From: a virus
Virus record (IMG/VR): IMGVR_UViG_3300044643_000612
Span: 1-64,000 of that record
Direction: 5' to 3' (one strand)
DNA length: 64,000 nucleotides
Below the pieces are notes generated by a model, which saw only the letters and a program-made list of their open reading frames with translations, did not search any database and was not told the DNA's origin. Both the position numbers and the translations under genes were made by a program. The first letter of the stretch is position 1. Each line of letters starts with the position of its first letter. Shown in pieces: positions 1 through 9,319 of the stretch.

Positions 1-127
1 TGCAGCGGCGGCTGTCCATCTTGTGGATTGTGTTCTGGCTTGGCCCGCCTCTGTATTTCGTCTGGACCAAAGGAGTGCTGGGATGACCTATCCGCCCGAA
101 CTGCAAGCCTACTACGACGCCCACGAC
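1..127 (+). repeat. 127-bp exact direct repeat, copy 1 (copy 2 at 61159-61285)
   Basis: tgcagcggcgg...gcccacgac is identical at both loci; the copies diverge at 128 versus 61286. Confidence 0.95.
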
Positions 128-256
128 GCGATGATGGACGCGGAGCGATGGGATTCTCTGCGTCACCATTGGCCGCGCCTTTACGGCCTCTACAAGGTCG
201 CCCGATACGCCGCCGTCCGTCGCTGGCTATTGCCCGAGACGCCGGAGTTCGGATGA
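83..256 (+). CDS. small hypothetical protein (MTYPPELQAYYDAHD...), allele 1
   Basis: AGGAG RBS before ATG; ATGA overlap with the next gene; diverged homologue at 61241-61414. Confidence 0.65.
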   Translation: MTYPPELQAYYDAHDAMMDAERWDSLRHHWPRLYGLYKVARYAAVRRWLLPETPEFG

Positions 257-1506
257 GGTACCTGTCCCTGTTCAGCGGCATCGAGGCTGCGAGCGTGGCG
301 TGGGAGCCGCTGGGGTGGGAGTGCGCCGGCGTCGCGGAGGTGGATGCGTTCGCCAGCGCGGTCCTGGCACACCGCTACCCGTCCGTCCCGAACCTCGGCG
401 ACGTGACGAAGATCGACGCGGCGGATCTCGCCGCACTGGGTCGCATTGACCTTGTGGTATTTGGATCGCCCTGCCAGGACCTGTCCGTGGCGGGCAAGAG
501 GGAGGGGCTGGCCGGTGAGCGCAGCGGACTGTTTCACGTCGCCGTCGACATCGTGCGATGGGCAAGGGATTACTGCGGATGCCGATGGGCCTTGTGGGAG
601 AACGTCTGCGGAGCCTTCAGCAGCAACAAGGGACGCGACTTTGCAGCAGTGGTTGGCGAACTGGCGGGTGTCGACGTCCCCGTCCCGCCCAAGGGCTGGG
701 GCACGGAGGGCGCCGCCGTTGGCTCCGAAGGAATGGTCGAGTGGGCCGTGCTGGACGCGCAATGGTTCGGAGTGGCGCAACGGCGCCGTCGCGTGTTCGC
801 TCTCGCAGACTTTGGAGACTGGGCCAGTCGACCGCCGGTTCTTCTTGAGCCCCAAAGCCTGCGCGGGGATCCTCCGCCGCGCCGAACGGCGGGGAAAGGC
901 ACTTCCGCCGATGTTGCTCCGAGCCTTGTCTCAAGTGGCCGGGGCGTCGAGCGAGCTGGAGAGACCCGAGGGCAAGACCCTGTAGTGGCGGTTCGCAGCA
1001 TCAGCACCGGAGACGTGTCCCACTGCCTGAACGCCGGCGGCATGGGGCGGATCGACTATGAGAGCGAGACGATGGTCGTCGAGCCCTACACCCTCGCCAT
1101 TCGCGGGCGGGAAGGCGGCGCAACGCTGGAGGCCCGGCAGGACGGCGTGTCGAACGCCATCCTGACACCGACAGGCGGGCGATCCGGTGTTGGCGTCGGG
1201 GCGGTTGCGGTCTGCGCGACCGGCGAGGTCTTCCACACGCTTCAAGCCGACGGGTTTGACGCCAGCGAGGATGGCACAGGGCGTGGTGGTGGTGCGGTTG
1301 TGCAGGCTGGCCTCCAAGTCCGCCGCCTCACCCCCACAGAGTGCGAGCGCCTCCAGGGCTTCCCTGACGGCCACACGCTGATCCCCTACCGCGGCAAGCC
1401 CGCAGCAGACGGACCCCGATACAAAAGTTTGGGAAACAGCATGGCCGTCCCGGTCATGGCCTGGATCGGGCGACAGATCGAAATTGCAGAGAGTGGCTTG
1501 ACATGA
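253..1506 (+). CDS. C5 cytosine DNA methyltransferase
   Basis: motifs LSLFSGIEA (I), GSPCQDLS (IV), WENV (VI), QRRRRVF (VIII), RRLTPTECERLQGFP (IX), LGNSMAV (X). Confidence 0.95.
   Translation: MRYLSLFSGIEAASVAWEPLGWECAGVAEVDAFASAVLAHRYPSVPNLGDVTKIDAADLAALGRIDLVVFGSPCQDLSVAGKREGLAGERSGLFHVAVDIVRWARDYCGCRWALWENVCGAFSSNKGRDFAAVVGELAGVDVPVPPKGWGTEGAAVGSEGMVEWAVLDAQWFGVAQRRRRVFALADFGDWASRPPVLLEPQSLRGDPPPRRTAGKGTSADVAPSLVSSGRGVERAGETRGQDPVVAVRSISTGDVSHCLNAGGMGRIDYESETMVVEPYTLAIRGREGGATLEARQDGVSNAILTPTGGRSGVGVGAVAVCATGEVFHTLQADGFDASEDGTGRGGGAVVQAGLQVRRLTPTECERLQGFPDGHTLIPYRGKPAADGPRYKSLGNSMAVPVMAWIGRQIEIAESGLT
515..985 (+). CDS. out-of-frame polypeptide nested in the methyltransferase (M.EcoHK31I beta-like)
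   Basis: GGAGG at 501-505 then GTG; CSLSQTLETGPVDRRFFLSPKACAGILRRAERRGKALP resembles, from memory, the alternative-frame beta chain of two-polypeptide C5 MTases. Confidence 0.6.
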   Translation: MSAADCFTSPSTSCDGQGITADADGPCGRTSAEPSAATRDATLQQWLANWRVSTSPSRPRAGARRAPPLAPKEWSSGPCWTRNGSEWRNGAVACSLSQTLETGPVDRRFFLSPKACAGILRRAERRGKALPPMLLRALSQVAGASSELERPEGKTL

Positions 1507-1718
1507 TGACCGGCGAAGAGTTGCGGGACGCCCGCGAAGACCTTAAACTCACCCGACAGGAGTTGGCTGACATCCTGCGCTTCGGCGCGAACGGCGAAAG
1601 GCGGATCCGGCGCATGGAGCGAGACGAGATCGAGGTGTCCGGCCCCGTGTCGGTCGTCATGGAGGCCCTGCTTGATGGCTGGTCGCCCGAGGACGGCTGG
1701 CAGTCGGATGACGGCTGA
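1503..1718 (+). CDS. XRE-type helix-turn-helix protein
   Basis: MTGEELRDAREDLKLTRQELADIL...RIRRMERDE HTH pattern; coupled to the upstream stop. Confidence 0.8.
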   Translation: MMTGEELRDAREDLKLTRQELADILRFGANGERRIRRMERDEIEVSGPVSVVMEALLDGWSPEDGWQSDDG

Positions 1719-1956
1719 CGAGGTGGTGGCGCGGCTCACCGGAGAGGCGGCTTACCTGAGCCTCACCCATGGCGTCCTCGTCATGGCCGATGGGCAGCGC
1801 ATCCCGCTCGTGCGCATGTACGACAAGGACGGAGACCCGACGGTCCACGCGACCGAGGCCGTCACCTTCCTGCTGAACGGCCCGGACTGCGGCGCCCCGA
1901 GCGGCTACGTCCTGCTGCCGTGCGACATGTTCGACCTGCTGGGAACCCTGCATTGA
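1708..1956 (+). CDS. hypothetical protein
   Basis: ORF fills the gap and overlaps both neighbours. Confidence 0.55.
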   Translation: MTADEVVARLTGEAAYLSLTHGVLVMADGQRIPLVRMYDKDGDPTVHATEAVTFLLNGPDCGAPSGYVLLPCDMFDLLGTLH

Positions 1957-4493
1957 CAGTCACCCGCGAGCAACTGATGGCCCTGTCCAAGGAGGACCTG
2001 CTGTTCATCGACTGGCAGGGCCGCTGGCGCGCAACGGCCAGGCCGGACCAGTTGCTCCCCGACACCGGGTGGTCGCAGATCGGCGTGCAGGCCGGGAGAG
2101 GATACGGCAAGCAGCTTTGCAAAGAGACGCCGATCCCGGCGCCCTCCGGCTGGCGGCGACTCGGCGACCTGGAGGTCGGCGACGAGGTCTTTGACGAGAC
2201 CGGCGCCCCGTGCCGCATCGTCGCCACCTACGAGCAGCCCGTCACTCGCGCTTACCGCCTGACTTTCAGCGACGGGGCGACGATCACGGCCTGCGAGGAC
2301 CACCTGTGGGTCACTTGGACCCACCGCGAGCGCAAGCAGTTCATCCGCCACCACCCCGAAGCCGACGATTTCCCTGAAAACTGGCCGGCGCACGTCCAGC
2401 CCCTGTGGGATTCCCGCGGCAGCGTCGTCGGCGCCGTCGGACCCGAGGTGCGCACCACCGCCGAGATCGTTGACACGCTGGTTTTCGGCACGCGCGGCGA
2501 CACGAACCACTGCATCCCGACCTGCCACCCCCTGCAATACCCCAAAAAGGCCCTGCCAATCGACCCTTGGGCGCTCGGCTACTGGCTTGGCAACGGTGCG
2601 ACCGTAGGCCCCGGCATCAGCACCCACCCCGACGACACGGACCTCGTCGTGGCGCGCTACGAGGCCCTTGGCTACAGCGTGACGCGCTACGCCAACGGCA
2701 GGGACGGCTACGTCAAGGGCCTTTTGGAGCCGCTCAGGGCCGTTGGCGTGGTCGGCGACAAGCATGTGCCCCGAGACTACCTGCAAGGCTCTGTGAAGCA
2801 GCGCGAAGCCCTCCTGGCGGGCCTGCTGGACAGTGACGGGCACTGCTCGCTGTCGGCGGGTCACATCGAGTTCTGCTCGACCCTGCGCTGCCTTGCCGAT
2901 GCGGTGGTTGAGTTGGCGCGTTCCCTCGGCCAGAAGCCCGTCCTGCTGGAAGACCGGGCGCGGCTCAACGGCAAGGACTGCGGCCCGCGCTACCGGGTCA
3001 AGTGGCGCAGCACCTACCAGCCGTTCTCGCTGCCCCGCAAGGCTGCGGCGTGGCGCACGCCCGGCGCTCAGGCCCTGCGCAACCGGCACCGCATGATCGT
3101 CGCCGCCGAGGAGGTGGCGCCGGTGCCCATGCGCTGCCTGACGGTCGACAGCCCGAACAGCATGTTCCTGTGCGGCGAGGCGATGATCCCGACGCACAAC
3201 ACCCGGGTCGGTGCCGAGTGGCTCGGGCAGAAAGCCTACCGGGACACCAACAAGTTTCCGTTCCGGGTCATCGCCCCGACGCTCAACGACGTGCGGTTCA
3301 CCTGCTTCGAGGGCCAATCCGGCCTGCTCAACGTCATCCCGCCCGAACTCGTCGCCGACTACAACAAGACCAACCTGCTGATCACCCTGATCAACGGCGC
3401 CACGATCCGCGGCTTCGGCACAGAGGAGCCCGAGCGACTGCGGGGGCCAAATAGCGCCGGCGACTGGGGCGACGAGGTCGCGGCGTGGATCCGCGATCAA
3501 GAGGCGTGGGACCAGGCCGCGTTTGGTCGGCGTCTCGGCGTCAACCCGCAGGTCGTCTGGACCTCGACGCCCAAGCCCAAGACCCTGATCCGCAACCTGA
3601 CCGAGCCCAAGCCCGGGCGCATCATCATCCGGGGTTCGACCTACGACAACCGCGAGAACCTCGCAGAGTCGTTCTACGACGAGTTGAAGAAGTACGAGGG
3701 CACCAAACTCGGGCGGCAGGAACTGGAAGGCGAACTGATCGACGCCGAGGAGGGCGGCATCATCGCCCGCTCCTGGTTCAAGTTGTGGCCGGCGAGCAAG
3801 CCCCTGCCCAAGTTCGAGTGGATCATCATGTCCCTTGACACGGCCTTCACCGAGCGCACCCTCGACAAGCGCACCCACGACCCGGACCCGTCGGCCTGCG
3901 CCGTGTTTGGCATTTTCTGGCACGAGGACGTGATGAACGTGCTGGTCCTTGACTGCTGGAGCGACCACCTCGGGATGCCCGACCTCATCACCCGGGTGAA
4001 GCGCGAATTGAACACCGCCTACGGCGACGACGAGGACACGGCGCTCATCAAGCCGATGTTCGGCCCCGCCAAGCCCATGACCAGCGGTCGCAAGCCCGAT
4101 CTGCTCATCATCGAGGACAAGGGCAGCGGCATCAGCCTGCGCCAGTCGCTGTCGAAGGAAGGCATACACGCCTACCCCTACAATCCCGGTCGCGCCGACA
4201 AGCTGGCCCGCCTGCATATGGTAAGCCACCTGTTCGCTCGCGGTTATTTTTGGTTGCCCGAAAGCGAGAAACGGCCCGGCAAGCCGCGTACTTGGACCGA
4301 GCCCGCGCTGGACCAACTTTGCTCCTTCCGGGGCGGGGGTTCCATCAAGCACGACGACTTCGTGGACGTTTTCAGTCAGGCTTCGCGTGTCATTATGGAC
4401 AAGGGCCTACTTTCCGGTGTAAAGCGTGAAAGCAAGTCCGTCCGCGAGGCCCCGGCACCGCCGAAACCCCGCGTGAACCCCTACGCCATCTGA
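1953..4493 (+). CDS. terL: terminase large subunit, intein-containing
   Basis: Walker A AGRGYGK|T, RLRGPN, WGDEVA (Walker B), TSTPK, nuclease SLDTA and HDDFVD; start TTG 1953 or ATG 1977. Confidence 0.95.
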   Translation: MTVTREQLMALSKEDLLFIDWQGRWRATARPDQLLPDTGWSQIGVQAGRGYGKQLCKETPIPAPSGWRRLGDLEVGDEVFDETGAPCRIVATYEQPVTRAYRLTFSDGATITACEDHLWVTWTHRERKQFIRHHPEADDFPENWPAHVQPLWDSRGSVVGAVGPEVRTTAEIVDTLVFGTRGDTNHCIPTCHPLQYPKKALPIDPWALGYWLGNGATVGPGISTHPDDTDLVVARYEALGYSVTRYANGRDGYVKGLLEPLRAVGVVGDKHVPRDYLQGSVKQREALLAGLLDSDGHCSLSAGHIEFCSTLRCLADAVVELARSLGQKPVLLEDRARLNGKDCGPRYRVKWRSTYQPFSLPRKAAAWRTPGAQALRNRHRMIVAAEEVAPVPMRCLTVDSPNSMFLCGEAMIPTHNTRVGAEWLGQKAYRDTNKFPFRVIAPTLNDVRFTCFEGQSGLLNVIPPELVADYNKTNLLITLINGATIRGFGTEEPERLRGPNSAGDWGDEVAAWIRDQEAWDQAAFGRRLGVNPQVVWTSTPKPKTLIRNLTEPKPGRIIIRGSTYDNRENLAESFYDELKKYEGTKLGRQELEGELIDAEEGGIIARSWFKLWPASKPLPKFEWIIMSLDTAFTERTLDKRTHDPDPSACAVFGIFWHEDVMNVLVLDCWSDHLGMPDLITRVKRELNTAYGDDEDTALIKPMFGPAKPMTSGRKPDLLIIEDKGSGISLRQSLSKEGIHAYPYNPGRADKLARLHMVSHLFARGYFWLPESEKRPGKPRTWTEPALDQLCSFRGGGSIKHDDFVDVFSQASRVIMDKGLLSGVKRESKSVREAPAPPKPRVNPYAI
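2112..3200 (+). mobile_element. class 3 intein (363 aa) with LAGLIDADG endonuclease in the TerL P-loop
   Basis: starts QLCKETPIP; block B ACEDHLW; block F MRCLTV; ends IPTHN/T; LGYWLGNG and LLAGLLDSDG motifs; removal restores GRGYGKT. Confidence 0.9.
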
Positions 4494-4500
4494 GGCCCGC

Positions 4501-7005
4501 ATGGATCCCGAAGACGACCAGCCGGAAGAGGGCGAGTTCTACGAGGTCGAGGACGACAGCGAGAGCGATGTCGTCGACACGGAGGACGGCGGCGCTATCG
4601 TCACGCTGGACGAGGGCGACAGCGACGAGCCCTCCAGCGATTTCCTACAGAACCTGGCCGAGACACTGCCTGAGACCGAACTGAAGGCTCTTGCCACTCA
4701 GTTTCTGGACTTTGTGGAGCGCGACCGGGAGGCCCGGGCCAAGCGCGACGAGCAATACGAGGAGGGCATCCGTCGCACCGGCCTCGGGGACGACGCGCCG
4801 GGCGGCGCGCAGTTCCAGGGCGCGAGCCGTGTTGTCCACCCGATGCTGACCGAGGCGTGCGTGGACTTCTCGTCCCGCGCCATCAAGGAGTTGTTCCCGG
4901 CAGGCGGGCCGGCCAAGGACTTCATCCCCGGCAAGGTCACTCGCGAGAAGGTGCTGAAGGCGCGTCGCAAGACGGCCTACATGAACTGGCAGTTGACGAA
5001 GCAGTCGCCGGAGTTCCGCTCGGAACTGGAGCAGCTTCTGACGCAGGTGCCGCTCGGCGGCGCGCAGTACCTCAAGGTCGGCTGGAAAGAGACGAAGAAC
5101 CGTCCCAGCTTCCTGTTCGTCGCCATCGACGAGATGCTCATCCCCTTCGCGGCGACCAGTTTCTACACCGCGCAGCGCAAGACCCACGTCCAGTACCTGA
5201 CGCAACTGGACTACGACCAGCGCGTCAAGTCCGGCATGTACCGCGACGTGGACCTGGTCCCGGCGGGCATGGACCCTGACCGCACCAAGGCCGACGTCGC
5301 CAACGACAAGGTCGAGGGCCGCGAAGAGAGCGCCTTCAACGAGGACGGCCTGCGGACGATCTTTGAGATCCACACCACCGTCGACATCGAGGACGACCGC
5401 ACGGACGGGCCAGCGCCCTACATCCTCACTGTGGACAAGGTGACGTCCAAGGTCCTGAGCATCTACCGCAACTGGGACGAGGAGGACGACGCGCAGGAAG
5501 AACTCCAGTGGTTCGTGGAGTTCCCCTTCGTGCCCTGGCGGGGCGCATACCCCATCGGCATCACGCACATGATCGGCGGGCTGTCCGCCGCGGCGACGGG
5601 CGCCCTGCGCGCCCTGATGGACTCGGCGCACATCAGCAACAGCCAGACCATGCTGAAGCTGAAGGGTGCCGGCATCGGTGGCCAGAGCATCGACATCCAG
5701 CCCACGCAGGTGGCGGAGATCGAGGGCGGCATCAACGTGGACGACGTCCGCAAGGTCGCCATGCCGCTGCCGTTCAACCAGCCCTCCGGCGTTCTGTTCC
5801 AACTGCTCGGCTTCCTCGTGGAGTCGGGCAAGGGCGTCGTGCGCACGACCATGGACGACGTGTCCGACGGCAACGCCAACGTGCCGGTCGGCACGACCAT
5901 GGCGAAGATCGAGCAGGGCATGGTGGTGTTCAGCGCCATCCACATGCGGCTGCACAACGCCATGGGCCGGATGCTCGATATCCTGCACCGCCTCAACGGC
6001 ATGTACCTCGACGACGAGGCGCAGAAGGACGAGATCGGCGAGGAGATCGCGACCCGGGCTGACTTCGCCGGGCCGATGGACGTCATCCCGGTCAGCGACC
6101 CCAACATCTTCTCCGAGACCCAGCGCATCGCGCAAATCCAGACCATCGCCCAGCGGGCGGCGGTGCAGCCGGGTCTCTACAACGCGCGCAAGGTCGAGGA
6201 GCGCATCCTTGACACGCTGAAGGTGCCGAACGCCGCCGACCTCTTGGTGCCTCCCGTCGAGCCCAAGGAGCAGAACGCGGTGGCCGAGAACGTGGCACTG
6301 ACCATGGGTCGGCCCGTCATCGCCTTCCCGCAGCAGGACCACATCGCTCACCTGTCGGCGCATCTCGGCTACATGCTGAACCCGGTGCTTGGTGCCAGCC
6401 GGCTGATCGCCCCGCAGTTCCTGCCCGGCGTGCTGAACCACATCAAGGAGCACATGGCACTGTGGTATGCCCAAAAGGTCTACGAACTGAGCAACGAGGC
6501 TACGGGCATGGACATCGGCGAGGCCGTGCGCGACAACAAGAGCGTCGAGGACAAGCAGTCTTTCGACCGGATGCTGGCGGAAGCGTCGAACACCGTGTCC
6601 GCTCGTGCTGCGGATGCGTTCGGTGCGCTGCCGCCCGTGATTGAGCAGGCCGTGCAGATGCTTCAGGCCATGTCGCCGCAAGGCCCGCAGGATCCGGCGG
6701 TAATGGCCGCTCAGGCCGAGACGCAGCGCCGGGCGGAGGCTGACAAGGCCAAGGCGGAACTGGACGCCCAGCGCCTCCAGATCGAGCAGCAGGACAACCA
6801 GGTCGATGCGCAGATGCAGCAGGCCAAGATGGCCGCTGAGATGCAGGCAGACCAGATGCAGCAGCAGAGCGAAGACCAGCGATCTGCGCTGGAGATGCAA
6901 GCCCGCGTCGCGATGAACGACGCCGACAACCAGACGGCCATGTTGCTTGCCCAAATGGGCGGCGGCGAGCCTGCGGTGAACCCGAACCCCAACCCCCAGC
7001 CCTAG
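4501..7005 (+). CDS. portal protein
   Basis: 834 aa directly after terL; VVHPMLTEACVDF motif; Q-rich coiled-coil C-terminus as in P22-like portals. Confidence 0.88.
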   Translation: MDPEDDQPEEGEFYEVEDDSESDVVDTEDGGAIVTLDEGDSDEPSSDFLQNLAETLPETELKALATQFLDFVERDREARAKRDEQYEEGIRRTGLGDDAPGGAQFQGASRVVHPMLTEACVDFSSRAIKELFPAGGPAKDFIPGKVTREKVLKARRKTAYMNWQLTKQSPEFRSELEQLLTQVPLGGAQYLKVGWKETKNRPSFLFVAIDEMLIPFAATSFYTAQRKTHVQYLTQLDYDQRVKSGMYRDVDLVPAGMDPDRTKADVANDKVEGREESAFNEDGLRTIFEIHTTVDIEDDRTDGPAPYILTVDKVTSKVLSIYRNWDEEDDAQEELQWFVEFPFVPWRGAYPIGITHMIGGLSAAATGALRALMDSAHISNSQTMLKLKGAGIGGQSIDIQPTQVAEIEGGINVDDVRKVAMPLPFNQPSGVLFQLLGFLVESGKGVVRTTMDDVSDGNANVPVGTTMAKIEQGMVVFSAIHMRLHNAMGRMLDILHRLNGMYLDDEAQKDEIGEEIATRADFAGPMDVIPVSDPNIFSETQRIAQIQTIAQRAAVQPGLYNARKVEERILDTLKVPNAADLLVPPVEPKEQNAVAENVALTMGRPVIAFPQQDHIAHLSAHLGYMLNPVLGASRLIAPQFLPGVLNHIKEHMALWYAQKVYELSNEATGMDIGEAVRDNKSVEDKQSFDRMLAEASNTVSARAADAFGALPPVIEQAVQMLQAMSPQGPQDPAVMAAQAETQRRAEADKAKAELDAQRLQIEQQDNQVDAQMQQAKMAAEMQADQMQQQSEDQRSALEMQARVAMNDADNQTAMLLAQMGGGEPAVNPNPNPQP

Positions 7006-7019
7006 AGGACACCCCCCTG

Positions 7020-7133
7020 ATGGCCAAGCCGACCGAGAAGACCAAGGGTCCGGTTCCCCAGCACCACATGCTGGCGACGACCGGAAAGCCGCGCCCTGAC
7101 AACGCGCGCAAAGGGCCGATGCCGCCCAAATGA
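7020..7133 (+). CDS. small hypothetical protein (37 aa, MAKPTEKTKGP...)
   Basis: GAGGA RBS; ATGA overlap with the next gene; below the ORF-track size cutoff. Confidence 0.5.
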   Translation: MAKPTEKTKGPVPQHHMLATTGKPRPDNARKGPMPPK

Positions 7134-7324
7134 CCGCCGACATGCTGATCAGGAGGCTGAAGGAGGCGCAAGCTGAACTCGCCCATGGCCTCCTGATTAC
7201 GCCTGCCGGGCGGGACGCCTTCGAGTATGGCCGAGCCGTCGGCCTCTACGAGGGATACGAGAGAGCCTGGAACTTGATCGCGAACCTTTTTGAGGAATCG
7301 GAACGCGGTAAGTTCGACATCTAA
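7130..7324 (+). CDS. hypothetical protein
   Basis: coupled ORF in the head operon. Confidence 0.7.
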   Translation: MTADMLIRRLKEAQAELAHGLLITPAGRDAFEYGRAVGLYEGYERAWNLIANLFEESERGKFDI

Positions 7325-7333
7325 GGAGCACAC

Positions 7334-7762
7334 ATGCAAAGCATTGCGAACAACATCGCCTTCAACTACGGCACCGTAGACGAGGCATTTCCGCCCTGCG
7401 ACCCGCTGGTCAAGCCGTTCGGGTCACGAGTTCTGGTCCAGTTTCGGACCCCCAAGAAGGTCACGAAGGGCGGCATCATCCTGACCGCCGACACCCGCGA
7501 GACCGAGCACTACAACACTCAGGTGGCTAAGGTCGTGGCCGTCGGCGAACTCGCTTTCAAGAACCGCAACAACATGACGACATGGCCTGAAGGTGCGTGG
7601 TGCGCGCCGGGCGATTTCGTTCGCGTCCCGAAGTACGGCGGAGATCGCTGGACGGTGGCGACGGACGATGGAGAGGATGAAGCCATCCTCGCCCTGTTCA
7701 ACGACCTCGACATCCTCGGCCTTGTGACCGGCGACCCGCTGGCCATCAAGGCTTTCATCTAA
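7334..7762 (+). CDS. GroES/Cpn10-like co-chaperonin
   Basis: KPFGSRVLV...TKGGIILT...AKVVAVG...PGDFV Cpn10 signature; AAGGAG RBS. Confidence 0.85.
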   Translation: MQSIANNIAFNYGTVDEAFPPCDPLVKPFGSRVLVQFRTPKKVTKGGIILTADTRETEHYNTQVAKVVAVGELAFKNRNNMTTWPEGAWCAPGDFVRVPKYGGDRWTVATDDGEDEAILALFNDLDILGLVTGDPLAIKAFI

Positions 7763-7772
7763 GGAGCCGCCT

Positions 7773-8726
7773 ATGTCCGACGTGATGACCGAAGACGACG
7801 ACCTGGAGATCGTGGAGGTCGACGAGATCCCCGAATCCGCTGCCGAGGAGCCTGCGGCACCAGAAGCCGCGGCGCCGGAGCCCGAGGAGCCTGACGAGGA
7901 CGACGATGAGGACGACGAGCGCCTGGCGGAAAGCCAGGACGACTCGGAGGACGACATCGTCAACCGCAACCGCATCAAGCGGCAGAAGCGCCGGCAGGCA
8001 CAGAAGCAGGGCCGGGAGCGGCTTGAAGCCGAGGTCCGGCGCCTAGCCCACGAGAACATGGAGTTGGCCCGCAAGGTCAACACCATCGAGGGCGTCCACC
8101 TCACGCAGGCCGAAACCACTCTCTCGCAGCAGCTTGCTGCGGCGCGCGAAGAGGTGCGGCAGACCGAGGTGATCATCGCCCGGGCGGTCGAGGCTGGCAA
8201 CGGCGAGGACGTGGCTGCGGCCATGCGCCTTCGTGACGACGCGAAATACCGCGCCGATCAGGTCGCCGCCGAGCAGCAGCGGTTCACCCAGACGCGACAG
8301 GCCCCGACACAGCCTGTCGACCCGCGCACCCGCGCCTACGCCACGCAATGGGTGCAGGCCAACCCGTGGTACAGCCAGAACGGCACGGACGAGGCGTCCG
8401 TCCTCGCCCGGCGCATTGACCAGGGGCTGTTGGCGGAGGGCTATGACCCGACGACAGAGGGCTACTACCGCGAGTTGACCCGGCGCGTGGAGGCCCGCTT
8501 CGGGGGGCCAACGGTTTCCGCCGAGGAGCCTGCGCCCCGGCGCAACAAGGCCCCGCCGATGGGCGCCACCCGCGAACACGCCCCGGCCAGCACCCGGCGC
8601 ACCACGGTCCACGTGACGCCGGAGATCCGCCAGTCCCTCGAAGACGCAGGGTATTGGGACGACCCTGTGGTCCGCAACCGAGTGCTCCGCCAGATCGAAG
8701 CGCAGCGCAAGAATCCCACCCGTTAA
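7773..8726 (+). CDS. probable capsid scaffolding protein
   Basis: acidic N-terminus and coiled coil; lies between portal and capsid genes. Confidence 0.65.
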   Translation: MSDVMTEDDDLEIVEVDEIPESAAEEPAAPEAAAPEPEEPDEDDDEDDERLAESQDDSEDDIVNRNRIKRQKRRQAQKQGRERLEAEVRRLAHENMELARKVNTIEGVHLTQAETTLSQQLAAAREEVRQTEVIIARAVEAGNGEDVAAAMRLRDDAKYRADQVAAEQQRFTQTRQAPTQPVDPRTRAYATQWVQANPWYSQNGTDEASVLARRIDQGLLAEGYDPTTEGYYRELTRRVEARFGGPTVSAEEPAPRRNKAPPMGATREHAPASTRRTTVHVTPEIRQSLEDAGYWDDPVVRNRVLRQIEAQRKNPTR

Positions 8727-8740
8727 AAAAGGACGCGACA

Positions 8741-9280
8741 ATGCTCGAAGATGATGATAGGCTTAAGAAGGAAATCGGTGCTGGACGCCGGTCCCGCGCC
8801 TCGGAAGACCGCAACGTCACCGAGGACCGTGTGAGGACCGACGACGACCGGCTCGCAATGTTCCGTATGCAGATGCACAACGATGCGCTGCCTGATCTGC
8901 CTCCAATCCCCGGCTACCATGTGTGCTGGTTGACGACGACGAACCCCCGCGACAGCGTTCATCGCAGGATGATGCTGGGGTACACTCCGGTCACGCTAGA
9001 AGATGCGCCCGGTCTGGACCACGCCACCCTGAAAACGGGTGAGTACTCGGGGCTCATCGGCATCAACGAGATGCTCGCGTTCAAGCTGCCATTGAACCTC
9101 TACGAAGCGTTCATGCAGGAGAACCACCACGACGCCCCCGCCCGCGAAGAAGAACGCATGGCCGACACCACCGAGAACCTGGTGGAAGAGGCCAACCGGA
9201 CGGGGTCACAGGTGCAGATGGGGGATGGCACGGCGGCGCTTCGTTCCAGTCCTTCCGCCCGCGGGGTCTTCACCTCATAG
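8741..9280 (+). CDS. head-module hypothetical protein
   Basis: AAGGA RBS; PPIPGYHVCW motif; position in head operon. Confidence 0.7.
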   Translation: MLEDDDRLKKEIGAGRRSRASEDRNVTEDRVRTDDDRLAMFRMQMHNDALPDLPPIPGYHVCWLTTTNPRDSVHRRMMLGYTPVTLEDAPGLDHATLKTGEYSGLIGINEMLAFKLPLNLYEAFMQENHHDAPAREEERMADTTENLVEEANRTGSQVQMGDGTAALRSSPSARGVFTS

Positions 9281-9319
9281 GGCGGCCCCATAAACCCCCC
9301 TCGAATGAGGTAAGACGCA

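Noticed and set aside
1-256. Diversity-generating retroelement TR/VR pair with 61159-61414
   Set aside because: No reverse transcriptase is present and the differences are not adenine-specific; two phage alleles explain it better.
1905-7143. Long antisense ORFs (1905-4352, 4645-7143) and similar ones elsewhere
   Set aside because: Shadow ORFs from high-GC codon bias opposite clear genes; no motifs or RBS.
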